Source: Octopus vulgaris
Lineage: Eukaryota
Direction of reading: 5' to 3'
DNA: 64,000 bases
Assembly (NCBI GenBank): GCA_951406725.2
Contig: OX597833.1
Location: 27,280,001 to 27,344,000 of the forward strand
Made by a program: the position numbers and the translations under genes. Below the pieces are notes generated by a model that did no database searches, was not told the DNA's origin, and saw only the letters and a list, made by a program, of their open reading frames with translations. Every line of letters starts with the position of its first letter. The stretch's first letter is position 1. This document shows, piece after piece, positions 12,908 through 25,330 of this stretch.

Positions 12908-15067
12908 TACTGGTCAACAAAATTAAATGTATTATACTCATTATGAATGCAAACCAACTTCTTTAGATTAATTTTTCATGCTGATTTCAATACGTCACTC
13001 CATTTGTATACAGTACGTATCAATTTTTCAGTGGATACATGCAAATATTTACATATTTGTATATAGGAAATCATTAACGTAATAAGGACATGTTATTTTT
13101 AGAAAGTAAATGAGTTTATTGAGTGAAAGATCATCACTATCATTCTACAGCAGCAAATTTAGAAACATTGTGATATGGATTTCATGCGGTGTTCCTGATA
13201 TGGTCGATCATAGTAAAGTCTCTAGCAGTAGTCAACCAGCATACTGTCATTCCAGAAGCCTTAGTACCGTTTCTCCATAATACTAATGTCCTGGTGAAAT
13301 CTTGCACCATGTTCATCAGACACTGCTCCAAGGTTACCTGCGAAGAAATCCAGATGGGATTTCAGTGACATGCAACAATCCATTGCTGAGTAGATTCTTG
13401 ACGCCATCTTTGTAGTCCATTACCTTCTTGTTGCCAAAGAAATTCTCATAGATAAAATTGAAAGCATTCCAAGCAGGCAGTTTCAGTTCATTCAGTGTTG
13501 TCTTGAAGTTGAGATCTTTGAGTACTTCTCTAATTTGGGGTCTAACAAAGATATCCTATTTCAACTTCACCTGTGTGACTTTGGGAAACTTTTCTCTAGC
13601 ATTTCTCTTTCCTAGTGTCTGTACAAACTCTTTCATCAGTCCTAGCGTTATGTGCAAAGGAGACAATAGGATATTACATGGGTCGACAGGAGGTGTATTC
13701 TTGATGCTAGTCAGTCCTGGCTGGTATGGTGTTCTTGTCTGCCAGTTTGATTCCGAATAATGCTTGTCAGTTGTCCGACAATCCCATAGACATAAAAACA
13801 ACAGTATTTTGTGAAACCTGACTGCATTCCCATTAACATTCCAGTGTCTTTTAAATCTTCACATATTTTCCATGAGTATCTTTTATAGGCAATGGCATGA
13901 AGTAAAAGTTCCATATTTTCGTGTGATTCATGAAGATGAATGGAGTGTGCAATAGGATCAAGATTTTGTGATAAACATTCGATAAGTCCATCGATTTTAC
14001 TGCAAAAGCAAAGCGGTCCTTCAACAGAAAAATACGCTTGTAGAACCACGTTTCTCTACCGGAAATAGGTTATACGAACAACGTGAAGATACTTCTTCAT
14101 TCTTGATACCAACAGTTCTGCTTTATCTTTTGAGAAGGATAGGTCTCTGACAAGGTCATTCAGTTCAGCTTAGGAAAATTTCTGAGGTTCAAAGCTATCG
14201 TCACCAGCCACGTAATCTTCCTCAGCAGTACCATATTGACAGTCAGCATTATCACATGATGTTTCAATACCATCACCTGGTGGAACTGGAATTGGCAGAC
14301 TTTCATTGTAAGACACAGTTCTCGTGTAGAATCCAAATTAGGATGCACAGTTTTGTGTTTATTCTTCATAGAGAGTCCTGTGATATTTACTTTGCAAAAA
14401 TAACAGTCATTAAAATGGTCTTTCGGCTCCCTCCATATCATTGGAATCGCAAAAGGTATAGGCTTCTTATCATTTTTTTAACCAGTCACGTAAGCCATTT
14501 GAGCAAGCTGAGCAGATAAAATATGGTGCCCATAACTTGTCCTGATCTCCAAGAAGACAGTCAAAGTATAGCTCATAAATCTTCTTGATCTTTGGTGTTA
14601 TTGTACGTTTTTGAGCTTTCACAATAAATTGACAGAAATAACAAAACACATTAGGACGATTTCTACACAAGGGAATATACAAAAACAGTTATACTTATAT
14701 TGAATCTGAGATGATGAAATATTTCTTCAGACCAATTATAACTGGACAAGTTGAGATGTTGAAATACCTATTTCATCAGACAAAATTTGGTTAGTTAATT
14801 TAAGATGATGAAATATTTCATCTAAACTATGCAGCAATGAATAATGTAGTTTATTTTACTGGTATGTTTCCATGATGTAAATGAAATACATGCATACACG
14901 TCATTAATTGAAATTTCTATATAATGCATGAGCTAAAACCAACAACCTTTCTCATCTTGAAACCTGTACGTGGTGTCAAAAAACTAATTGTATATTTGAA
15001 ATCAGCATTAAAAACTACACTAAGTACACCTTGATATATGCTTGATGAAAATACTTGTTGACCAATG
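12908..15067 (-). mobile_element. Chapaev3-like (CMC) DNA transposon, TIR-bounded but frameshifted
   Basis: TIRs TACTGGTCAACAA / TTGTTGACCAATG with TAA/TTA flanks (TWA). Minus-strand motifs: CRNRPNVFCYFC, CSAC, MIWREPKDHFNDCYFC, DLK..GMLMGMQSGFTKYCC-FLCLWD, PLHITLGLMK, SDEHGARFHQDI..MEKRY. Confidence 0.75.
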
Positions 15068-15074
15068 TTATAAT

Positions 15075-16110
15075 AGTGACTTGATTGGCAGAATTGTTAG
15101 AACATCAGATAAAATACCTTGCGGCATTTATTCCAGCAGTTTTACGTTCCAAGTTCAAATTTTTCCACACCCTGATGTCACCTTTTTCCTTCCTTCCACC
15201 AGTCTAATAACATAATGCCAGTCAAACACTCCAGTTACTATAAGCTGGAGCCTCTTGTTCCAAAATTTCTTATAACGATTAAGGCGGTGAGCTGGCAGAA
15301 TTGCCTAGCACGCCGGGAAAAATGTTTGGCAGCATTTCGTTCGTCCTTACGTTCTGAGCTCAAATTCCGCCGGGGTCGACTTTGCCTTCCATCTTTTGAG
15401 GTCGATAAAGTAAGTAGCAGTCGAGAATATGGATCGACGTAATCGATTTACCCCTCCCCCGAATTTGCTCACTTGCAATAAAATTTGAAACCATTATTAT
15501 AATGATTAAGGTGGCGTTAGCAGGCCGCAAAATTGCTTAGCGGCATTTCGACCGTCTTTACGCTCGATGAAATAAGTACCTGTTGAGCACTGGGGTTGCT
15601 ATAATCAACTAGTCCCCTTCTCCAAAGTTTCAGTCCTTATCCTTCACGTAAGAAAGTATTACTATAATGATTGCTATCATCATCGACGTCACCATTATCA
15701 TTATTAATTTCAGCACATTTTAAGCATAATTGTTAGAAACATTACCATGCGCATCAGGATTATAGTAAATATTTACTGAGATATCACTCAAGTACTTGGT
15801 CTATTTGTTCAACTGTGACCACACCCAATATTTTATGTTTGTACGCTAACGTCAGAAATTACTCATTATCGTCAATATCATATTCACCATTTGGATCATG
15901 GTTTGGCAAAAATCGTTAAAGCTCAGGAAAATGGCTCGTGATATTTGTTTCGGCACTTTAGCTTCTTAGTTCAAATACCGTCTTGGTCAACTTTGCCTAT
16001 CAACCTTTCAGGGTCTATAAAACAAGTACCTGTGCAGCACAGCGGTCGATGTAATTGACTTCCCCCTCCCCTTAAAATTGCTGGCCTTGAACCAAAATTA
16101 GAAAGAATTA
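15075..16110 (+). mobile_element. Cluster of four family A SINE copies/fragments
   Basis: Heads at about 15085, 15281, 15510 and 15903, each with B-box and/or core-like motifs. Confidence 0.7.
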
Positions 16111-16204
16111 TCATTATTGCAGGTGTATTATTTATTAAATAAAGAGATCATTACTAATAAATGAAAATCATTACTTCTCTTAATTAAGAAATTGTTATAA
16201 CTAT

Positions 16205-16418
16205 TGATTTCAAATTTTGGGACATTGTCAAGTTTTAAAGGAGGTGGGTAAGTCGATAACATTGATCGCAGTGTTCAGCTGGAATTTATTTTATAGACCC
16301 CGAAAGGATGAAAAAGGAAGTCGACCTGGGCGAAATTTAAACTCAAGACGTAAAAACGGATGAAATGCCGCTAAAAATTTCTGCCCGGCGTGGTGATGAC
16401 TTTGCCAGGCTGTCGCCC
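16205..16418 (-). mobile_element. Family A SINE
   Basis: Reverse-complement core GACCCCGAAAGGATGAAAAAGGAAGTCGACC. Confidence 0.75.
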
Positions 16419-16463
16419 AAGAAATTGCTCTAATTATAATAATTATTATTATTATTATTATTA

Positions 16464-17305
16464 TTCAGTAGTTTTATTTTTATTTTTATAGCGTGCTTTC
16501 ACTTCACTACCGAGCGCAGCTCTGTGTGCCTTGGGTATGTGCTGTGATTTGTTGTGATGCTCTGATGGTTATTGTATGGAAAGTGTTCTGCGTAGGATGT
16601 GGGCAGTGCCTAGTAGTGCAATTTTCTGTATGTTATATGTGTTTGTAAGTCCTGGTGTTTTTGTTATGTATTTGTCTGAATATTTTTTTATCATGCCTAA
16701 TGCACCTACTATGATAGGAATTGTTTCTGTTTTTAGATTCCACATTCTAGTTACCTCTATTTCCAGGTCTTTGTATTTTGAGAGTTTCTCCATTTCTTTT
16801 AGAGACACGTTGTCATCTGCCGGTATTGATACATCAATTAAAAAGCATTTTTTTCTTCATGATCTCTGACAACTATATCTGGTCTGTTGGCCTTAATTTC
16901 TCTATCTGTGTGTATCGGCATATCCCAGAGTATGGTTGCTTTCTCGTTTTCTGTGACCTTTTCTGGTGTGTGCCTATACCATCTTTTTTCTGTTGTTATT
17001 CCATAATGTTGGCATAGCTTCCAATGTATGTAGGTTCCAACTCTGTCATGTCTGTGAATATATTCCTTCTTAGCCAGGACTGGGCAGCTAGAGATAATAG
17101 GATTTATTGTTTCTTGTCCATCTCCACATATTCTGCAGTTACTTGTAATATTTCTTTTCATTACATGTTTTTGGTAATTTCTGGTGGGGAGGCTTTGGTC
17201 TTGTGCTGCAATTAAAAATCCCTCTGTTTCTGCTTTGAGTCCTGAGCTTCTCAACCATTGCTGGGATTTTTCTTTGTCTATTTCTTTTGCGTTTAGTTTA
17301 GTGCA
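16464..17305 (-). mobile_element. 5'-truncated R4/Dong-like LINE (zinc knuckle, RLE, 3' UTR)
   Basis: CRICG...I.SSC..LAKKEYIHRHD, RPDIVV, KLSKYKDLEIE, PIIVGALG. Nearly identical to 48697-49515. (TAA)n on both sides. Confidence 0.95.
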
Positions 17306-17329
17306 GTATTATTATTATTATTATTATTA

Positions 17330-17386
<57 letters not shown>

Positions 17387-17439
17387 GTTGACTTCTATTG
17401 TTGTCGCGTATGGTGGCTGTGAACCTGCTACCAAAATAT

Positions 17440-18060
17440 ATAAACTTACAAGATTGACTAGCTCTGAGGACGATATGTTTGTTTAAATGGATTCACTGGA
17501 AGATGTCACCAAATTGTAGAAAGACCTAGAAAAGAAATTCCGTACTAAATTTTCAACTTACTACACAGAACTAAGAAAAGCCCCGAGCAATATGTAAAGG
17601 CTCTATTTTAGACATAAAAATTCAGATAGAGATCAACAGATATCTGTTTACACAAAAGGTACGAATAAACGCATATACTTACATTGAAACAGCACATATC
17701 CACAACTATACAAATGTCAACGATAAAATCCTTCTTTCGACCAAGCGTTCTGTTTGTCCCCACAAACGACGCACGAGACAAAAATCCCTCTGAACATAAA
17801 CAAATACGAATCGACAATGAATATTTCGAGCCTGCCGAGGCTGATAGGAGAGAGGAAGGAAGTTGCCCTCTGGCCGGATACCGCACCCGGAAGCATGCAA
17901 ACAAAGCTATGTAGGAAAACGTTAATGGACAACGAATTTATAATCTACAGAATTCCCCGTAATAAAGTCGATACACAATGATGGCAGCAATGCTCGTACT
18001 ATATAGCATAATGCTAAAATAAACACACAATATACTCTAGTCACAAAAGCAAACAGCTAA
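17440..18060 (+). pseudogene. Highly decayed Penelope-like element (RT palm/thumb, possible GIY-YIG remnant)
   Basis: Hand translation across stops and frameshifts gives EDDMFV*MDSLEDVTKL..SVLNF, YLDIKI, SVYTKGTNKRIYLH*NSTYPQLYK, STIKSFFR. Later IIYRIP...YYIA resembles GIY-YIG. Confidence 0.55.
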
Positions 18061-18504
18061 ATGGTGTACAGCTTTAAAAGTTAGTAATCAAATTGTGGCT
18101 GCATTGGATTCCCCAATCATTCTCAGCTCTATCTGCAATAAAGAAGTAGAAACAAACGCTAACATAGACTTGATTTTAAAATGCGATTATGAAGGTATAG
18201 AACCGCTGAACAAACGGCAAGTCATAAAAGATAAACAGCAATCTTTCGAGAAAAATCTAAAGTAGAGCACAATATTACTTCCAATTTATCATGTGTATGT
18301 TCATATATATACATATATATTTATATGTACGTATGTATGTATGTATAAATATATGTATGCATACACACACAAATGTACATATATATATATATGTTTATAT
18401 ATAACGAAAGCGCTCACACCCTAGAAAAAATTCTCAAAAAAAGTAACTAACATCCTCATGAAAGATTTCATGATATATTTTTTTTAATCTCCTAGGTATA
18501 ACTA

Positions 18505-20210
18505 CATCCGGTAGTGGGACTTTGGGGCCCTGGTTTCAGGGTTTGAGGAGTGTGGAACCACCTCTTAGCCACTATTGTTCCCAGGTCTACACTGGCCACG
18601 AGTGGTAGCACCTGTAAGGGTCCCAACTATGGGTTAAGTAGCAACCCGCGACTGGTGGGGAGACCGGTAGAAAGTAGTCGCCGTATTCTCTGCGTGGCGT
18701 AAAAAGCGACTTAAAGAGGTGGGAGCGAAGGGACTGGGAATCCACTCCTCTAGTAACTCTGTTTGCTAAAAAGACAACCAGAAAAAGTCAAGAGGGCGGG
18801 AGAAGGTTAGCACCAAATCCTACCCTAGTACTAGGGTCATAGAATGAACGTGGGTGCAGTACAAGTGAGGTAACGAGGAGAGAGATAGGGAGTGTGATGA
18901 TGAGGAGAAGAATGGATGTGCTTGCATTGAACGAATCTAAGATGGAAGGTAAGGGAGAGAACCAGTTTAGTGATGTGACTGGATGAGTGTCGAGAGTGGG
19001 AGAGTAGGGGCTCGTGAGGGAGTGGCATTGCTAGTGAGTGAGCGTGCAGGAGAATGTGATGAAGTGGAGGGGAGTGTCTTCTGGGTTAATGTGAGTTAAG
19101 GTAAGGTGAGGAGGAAAGATGTGGGTGTCTTTTGGCGCATATGGTCCAGGATGTGAACGGAACGAGGAAGAAGTAGAGGATCTCTGGAAGCTATTGACCG
19201 AGTGTGTGGATAGGGTAGGGAAAAGTGACTATGTGATAGTGTTGGGTGATTTGAATGCGCGAATGAAAAATGAAGTAGAAAATGTAGTAGGTAAATATGG
19301 AGTTCCCGGTCGGAAAAGCAACTGAGGAGACTGGCGGTAGAGTTTGGAAGATTGTGTGAGAGGAGGAAACTGAAAGTGAATGTAGCTAAGCGTAAAGTGA
19401 TGAGATGTTCGAGAGATGGAACGGCTGGTAGGACGAATGTGAGTAGAATTGGTGAGATGGAGGTGTTTATAAGTATCTGGGATCACATGTGACGGTGCAT
19501 GGCGGGGTTGGCTGAGGTGAGATATAGAGTCAGGGAGGGGAGTAAGATACTTGGAGTTGTGAAAAATATGATGAGAGATAAAAGGTTGAGTATGAAAGCG
19601 AAAAGAGGTGCGTATGAGAGCGTGGTTGTGCAAACAATGTTATATGGTGCAGAAATGTGGGGCCTGAGAGAGGCGGAAAGGAGGCGACTAGATGTGTTTG
19701 AGATGAGATGTTTGAGGGCTATGGTTGGTGTGGCACGGATGGAAAGGATGAGGAATGAGGTGGGACAAAAGCGAGCAGGAATGAGAGAAGATCTATGTAC
19801 CAGAGTAGATAGACGAATATTGAAGTGGTTTGGCCACATGAAGGGGATGGATGAGGGTGATGAAGGCAGAAGTGGTAGGTAGCAGAATCAGAGGCAGACC
19901 TCGGTTTGTGTGGATGGATGGAGTGAAGAAAGTTTGGTAGCTAGTGGTGTTGGAGAGAGAGAGGCAAGAGAGTTTATAAATGCTTGGAGAATGTTTGTGG
20001 ACGGATGTGTGAATTGATGTTGCTCAAAGTGATGCGGAACTAGCATGATGCAGCGGGGGAAAAGCAGCATATGCTGTCGGGTCCCGCTGCTGATATCGAG
20101 GGTTACTTTCTATGCCTTCACCCAAGCTGAGAAATCAATGGAATGCCTGGTGTGTGTCTTGTTGTGGCTACCCGCCCCTATGGGGAATAAGTCTTGATAA
20201 ATAAATAAAA
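18505..20210 (+). mobile_element. Internally deleted, decayed RTE-clade LINE (5' UTR, APE endonuclease, RT C-terminus, 3' UTR)
   Basis: AYGP, VIVLGDLNARM..VVGKYGV (APE); KYLGS, MLYGAEMW..ERRRLDVFEMRCLR, LKWFGHM (RTE C-terminus). Ends in (TAAA)n. Confidence 0.85.
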
Positions 20211-20523
20211 ATTTAATAATAATATCTTTAATCGGCTTAACATTTCAAAAACTGTACTGAGTAATCCTCATAGACTTTCATATATATATATACAGTTGAA
20301 ACATTCCTGTCACAACTTGGGACCTTGAAGACTGTTAAAATGCAAGAAAGTATACTAGTGCCTTAATATTTGATATTCAATATTTCATCTATTCAATAAG
20401 ACAATCAATACTTCATTTCATTTTACTATATATACTATTTATACTATATATTCTATATTCTACATTAATATTATAAAGAATATAAATAAAACATAAAAAA
20501 CAGGCCGAGTTAGAATTCCTTTG

Positions 20524-20562
<39 letters not shown>

Positions 20563-21437
20563 CTTTATGAAGAAAATTTCTTCTTTCATGCATACCATAT
20601 TCAAGATGCCACTCTTTGTGAGTTTTATTTTTTTTATTAACCACTTTTATTTTATTCCCATTAGCCCTTCATATGTAGTTTATAAGAAGAAAATACCTTT
20701 CTCCAACGAAATTTTTATGCATTTTTTTCTCTTTCAAGTACTTCGTCATGACGCTTTTTATAGTTGTATTTTATACTAGGCAGAATGGATCATTTTCTAC
20801 TTGTTATACTTCCGATATAGTCTTTACGCCTTTAAACATACGCTCACCAACCAGAAACAATATTTGTATATTAATTTTTGAAGTGTATTTTGTTTTTACT
20901 CGAGCATCCATTTGTATTCTGTATTTCGTAGATTTCTATGTAAGATGATTGTGTAACCAAATAATCTTTCTTCAATCCAGAAACGTTTCGTGCATTGTGT
21001 AATGTTCTGCAGCAGCTTACAAATGCTTAAGCAGACAGCGAGAAAATTTCGTACATGAATGTACAACACATCCTTACATTGAAATGTAAATATTAATTTA
21101 GTTATCTATTGTGCAGGTTTGCGGCTACGTATCAAAAACACTGAGCGCACAACATCCTATCACGATACCAACAGAAATTTTAGGGGGATATAAAAATATC
21201 GATTTCAAATTTTGACACAGGGACAGTCCAGTGGTCATCTATAACTTATTTTATCGACCCCGAAAAGATAGAAGGTAAAGTCGACCTCGGTGGAATTTGA
21301 ACTCAGAACGTAAAAACAGACGAAATGCAGTTGAGCATTTTGCCCGGAGAGGTAATGGATCTGCCAGCTCACCACCTTACATATACACTAGAACATCGTC
21401 AGCATGAAGACACAGACTGATAAATATGTGTGTGTAG

Positions 21438-21490
<53 letters not shown>

Positions 21491-21560
21491 ACACATATGT
21501 AAATAGTTGTTTGTATGCGTATGTGTATGTATATATATGATACATATATGTATATGCATG

Positions 21561-21591
<31 letters not shown>

Positions 21592-21675
21592 AGGTCCCGG
21601 GTTGATTCGGGGTTAACCACAGTAAGTAAGGTACTCAATACATAGCAGAGTAAAATTAATTTATTATATAGAAGG

Positions 21676-21726
21676 AGCTTCTACAGGACTAGTACTGTTT
21701 CATTCAAGAGAAATCTTCAGGAAGCT
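21676..21726 (-). ncRNA. Type I hammerhead ribozyme motif (left palindrome arm)
   Basis: Exact reverse complement of 23637-23687. Confidence 0.65.
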
Positions 21727-22142
21727 ATTTAACAAGAATTGTATTAGCATTTATACATTTAGGCAGGTTTAAAGGAGTGGTGGTGGGGGACTTTTGGGGG
21801 GTAGGCATAGCGCAAAATATCATACTTGGGGGAGTGGTCAAGGAGTCAGTGGTAAGTTAGATGAAAGAATAGATAAATAAAAAAATAGATAAATAAAAAA
21901 ATAAAAAAATAAAAAAATAAAAATGAAAAATAAAAAGATAAAATAAAAGAATAAAAAATAAAAAATATAAAAAATATATATAAAAAAAATATATATATAA
22001 AATATATATATATATAAAAAAATATATATAAAAAAAGGGGGGATAGAGTTATAGGTAAATAAGGAGATTCTCACTTATACCTATACACACATGTATACGT
22101 ATCTACACACACATACACACATACACATATATATACACACAC

Positions 22143-22187
<45 letters not shown>

Positions 22188-22547
22188 CCTACACATACAC
22201 ACATACATACATACAAATTTACATATACATATATATATATACAATCCAATACAGGCCCATTCCCTAATTTTAATTTTATTATCTTCATTTATTACTTTTG
22301 TTATCTTTGATCGCTAGGGCTAAGAATCCTGGCAGTGGCTGCCTGTCCATTTGTCTGTCTACTAGAAGGCAAGTACTCATTCCCGCACGCACACTCATTA
22401 GCACGTACATTCACCCATTCGTACACTCATACACATACACGTACGCACGCGTTATATTCATACATACAAACATCTACATACGTTCACGTATATACACATA
22501 CGTACTCGTACCTACAGATTCGTGTCTACACTTTAGGAGGCTAGTCT

Positions 22548-22583
<36 letters not shown>

Positions 22584-23195
22584 TCACACATACATATACA
22601 AATCTATGCACACACATACATACATACATGTATACATACACGCACATACACATATACATGCGTCTATACACACACACACGCACGCGGCACACACTTTGTA
22701 CGCGTTATATTCATACATACAAACATCTACATACGTTCACGTATATACACATACGTACTCGTACCTACAGATTCGTGTCTACACTTTAGGAGGCTAGTCT
22801 ATACATATGTCTATGTATAGACTAGTCTATGTATAGACTAGCCTCCTAAAGTGTAGACACGAATCTGTAGGTACGAGTACATATGTGTATATACGTGAAC
22901 GTATGTAGATGTTTGTATGTATGAATATAACGCGTGCGTACGTGTATGTGTGTATGAGTGTACGAATGGGTGAATGTACGTGCTAATGAGTGTGCGTGCG
23001 GAATGAGTACTTGCCTTCTAGTAGACAGACAAATGGACAGGCAGCCACTGCCAGGATTCTTAGCCCTAGCGATCAAAGATAACAAAAGTAATAAATGAAG
23101 ATAATAAAATTAAAATTAGGGAATGGGCCTGTATTGGATTGTATATATATATATGTATATGTAAATTTGTATGTATGTATGTGTGTATGTGTAGG

Positions 23196-23246
<51 letters not shown>

Positions 23247-23636
23247 ATATATATGTGTATGTGTGTATGTGTGTGTAGATACGTATACATGTGTGTATAG
23301 GTATAAGTGAGAATCTCCTTATTTACCTATAACTCTATCCCCCCTTTTTTATATATATTATTTTTTTATATATATATATATTTTATATATATATTTTTTA
23401 TATTTTTTATTTTTTATTCTTTTATTTTATCTTTTTATTTTTCATTTTTTTTATTTTTTTATTTTTTTATTTATCTATTTTTTTATTTATCTATTCTTTC
23501 ATCTAACTTACCACTGACTCCTTGACCACTCCCCCAAGTATGATATTTTGCGCTATGCCTACCCCCAAAAAGTCCCCCACCACCACTCCTTTAAACCTGC
23601 CTAAATGTATAAATGCTAATACAATTCTTGTTAAAT

Positions 23637-23687
23637 AGCTTCCTGAAGATTTCTCTTGAATGAAACAGTACTAGTCCTGTAGAAGCT
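23637..23687 (+). ncRNA. Type I hammerhead ribozyme motif (right palindrome arm)
   Basis: Stem I AGCTTC/GAAGCT; core CTGAAGA 23643-23649; stem II TTC-TCTT-GAA with a U-U closing mismatch; GAAA 23662-23665; stem III CAG-TACTAGTC-CTG; GTA triplet, predicted cleavage after 23681. Confidence 0.65.
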
Positions 23688-23704
23688 CCTTCTATATAAT
23701 AAAA

Positions 23705-23757
<53 letters not shown>

Positions 23758-24041
23758 TAATAAATAAAATATATGCATACATACAAACATATATGTACGT
23801 ACCTACATCTACATGTATAACACACATATTTATCAGTCTGTGTCTTCACGCTGACGATGTTCTAGTGTATCTGTAAGGTGGTGAGCTGGCAGATTCATTA
23901 GCTCTCCGGGCAGAATGCTCAACCGCATTTCGTCTGTTTTTACGTTCTGAGTTCAAATTCCACCGAGGTCGACTTTGCCTTCTATCCTTTCGGGTTCGAT
24001 TCGATTCGTTCGCTTCGTTCCGTTTCTTATTCTCCCAGTAC

Positions 24042-24095
<54 letters not shown>

Positions 24096-24222
24096 GCGTA
24101 TGTATATATATATGCGTGTATGTATACATGTACACACAAACACATATATATATATTTGTATATATATGTATATATGTACCTATATGTGTATATATATATT
24201 CTTATGATTGTTGTTGTTATTA

Positions 24223-24289
<67 letters not shown>

Positions 24290-24348
24290 ATAATGATGTT
24301 ATTTTCCAGCGAAATAAAGCACCGAAAAGGTGGAATTATAAACAGGAT

Positions 24349-24709
24349 TAGTGACACAACAAGGTACCAATTTTTGCTGGAAATAGCTGATCTCGGGTCT
24401 GTTTATGGCTGGGGCTATTGGTCGAGTATACAGGCATTGAGGTAGCGGATATTTTAAATTTACACTCTTTGGTAGGCCTAGCTGACGAGGACCAATCAGT
24501 TTTACGATAACTAACGTATGCTGAAAGTTCGAAACTCGAGTACTAGGTTGTCCATTTCTCTAGCGTTCTTCCTACAGATAAAATGAAATGTTTTTATATT
24601 CGCCGCCCGCACACACCTTTGCTTCTATACATTCAATCAAGCTCTACCTAGTGTCGAAAGGTTATTGACTGCTATATCCAGCAAAAGTTGGTACCTTCTT
24701 GTGCCACTA
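24349..24709 (+). mobile_element. Rod-folding non-coding element bounded by 39-bp inverted repeats and carrying a hammerhead
   Basis: 24349-24387 vs 24671-24709 are 35/39 complementary. Internal complementary blocks include GCGGATAT/ATATTCGC and GTATA/TATAC. A related 5' end occurs at 57401-57436. Confidence 0.7.
24477..24547 (+). ncRNA. Type I hammerhead ribozyme, canonical core
   Basis: Stem I CCTAG/CTAGG; CTGACGA 24482-24488; stem II GGAC...GTTC extended by TCAG/CTGA and TACG/CGTA; GAAA 24531-24534; stem III C-TCGA-G with palindromic loop; GTA triplet, predicted cleavage after 24542. Confidence 0.85.
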
Positions 24710-24774
24710 TTTCCTATCTATATATGTATGTGTGTATGTATGTATATGTATGTATGTATACAGATATCCATGTG

Positions 24775-24992
24775 CGTGTGTGTGTTTTTGCGTCTGTGTT
24801 TCTCTCCCTGTCACCGCTTGACAACCGCTGTTTGCGTCTCTGTAACTTAGCGGTTCGGAAAAAACCGATAGAATAAGTACCAGGCTTAAAGCGAAACATA
24901 AGAAGTGAGCTTGATTCATTTAAATAAAAAGATTCAAGGTGGTGCCCTAGCATGGACGCAGCCTAATGACTAAAACAAGTAAAATATAAAAG
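24775..24992 (+). mobile_element. Family B SINE 3' half
   Basis: CGCTTGACAACCG...GTAACTTAGCGGTTCGG...GATAGAATAAGTAC tail, shared with 35968-36430. Confidence 0.75.
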
Positions 24993-25052
<60 letters not shown>

Positions 25053-25054
<2 letters not shown>

Positions 25055-25241
25055 GAGTGAGCAGGCAGAATCGTTAGCACGCCGGGCGAATGTTTAGTGG
25101 CATTTCGATCATTGCTACGTTCTGAGTTCAAATACTGGCGAGGTCGACTTGATAAATTACGTATCAGTGAAACACTGGGGTGGATGTAATCGACTAGTCC
25201 CCCAAAAAATGTCAGGCCTTGTTCCTATAGTAGAAAAGATT

Positions 25242-25330
<89 letters not shown>

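Larger units (their letters stand above)
21660..23702. repeat. Young ~2-kb palindrome (arms 21660-22554 and 22828-23702), probable head-to-head Penelope-like pLTR derivative
   Basis: Arms are near-identical apart from microsatellite/poly-A length. Mirror ORF pairs occur in the track (22103-22288/23095-23310; 21838-22074/23307-23525). The spacer holds a tandem copy 22701-22807 of 22448-22554. Confidence 0.95.
21255..23998. repeat. Older outer inverted duplication (arms ~21255-21432 and ~23821-23998) containing a family A SINE plus unique flank
   Basis: The SINE plus the flank TACACTAGAACATCGTCAGCRTGAAGACACAGACTGATAAATATGTGTG is mirrored, with about a dozen differences. Confidence 0.9.

Noticed and set aside
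18505-18840. Possible HDV-like ribozyme in the RTE 5' UTR
   Set aside because: Could not assign the nested double pseudoknot by eye; needs a descriptor search.
20230-20362. Two possible hammerhead relics (minus ~20235-20276; plus ~20319-20362)
   Set aside because: Both have core substitutions or insertions and poor stems I and II; indistinguishable from chance by eye.
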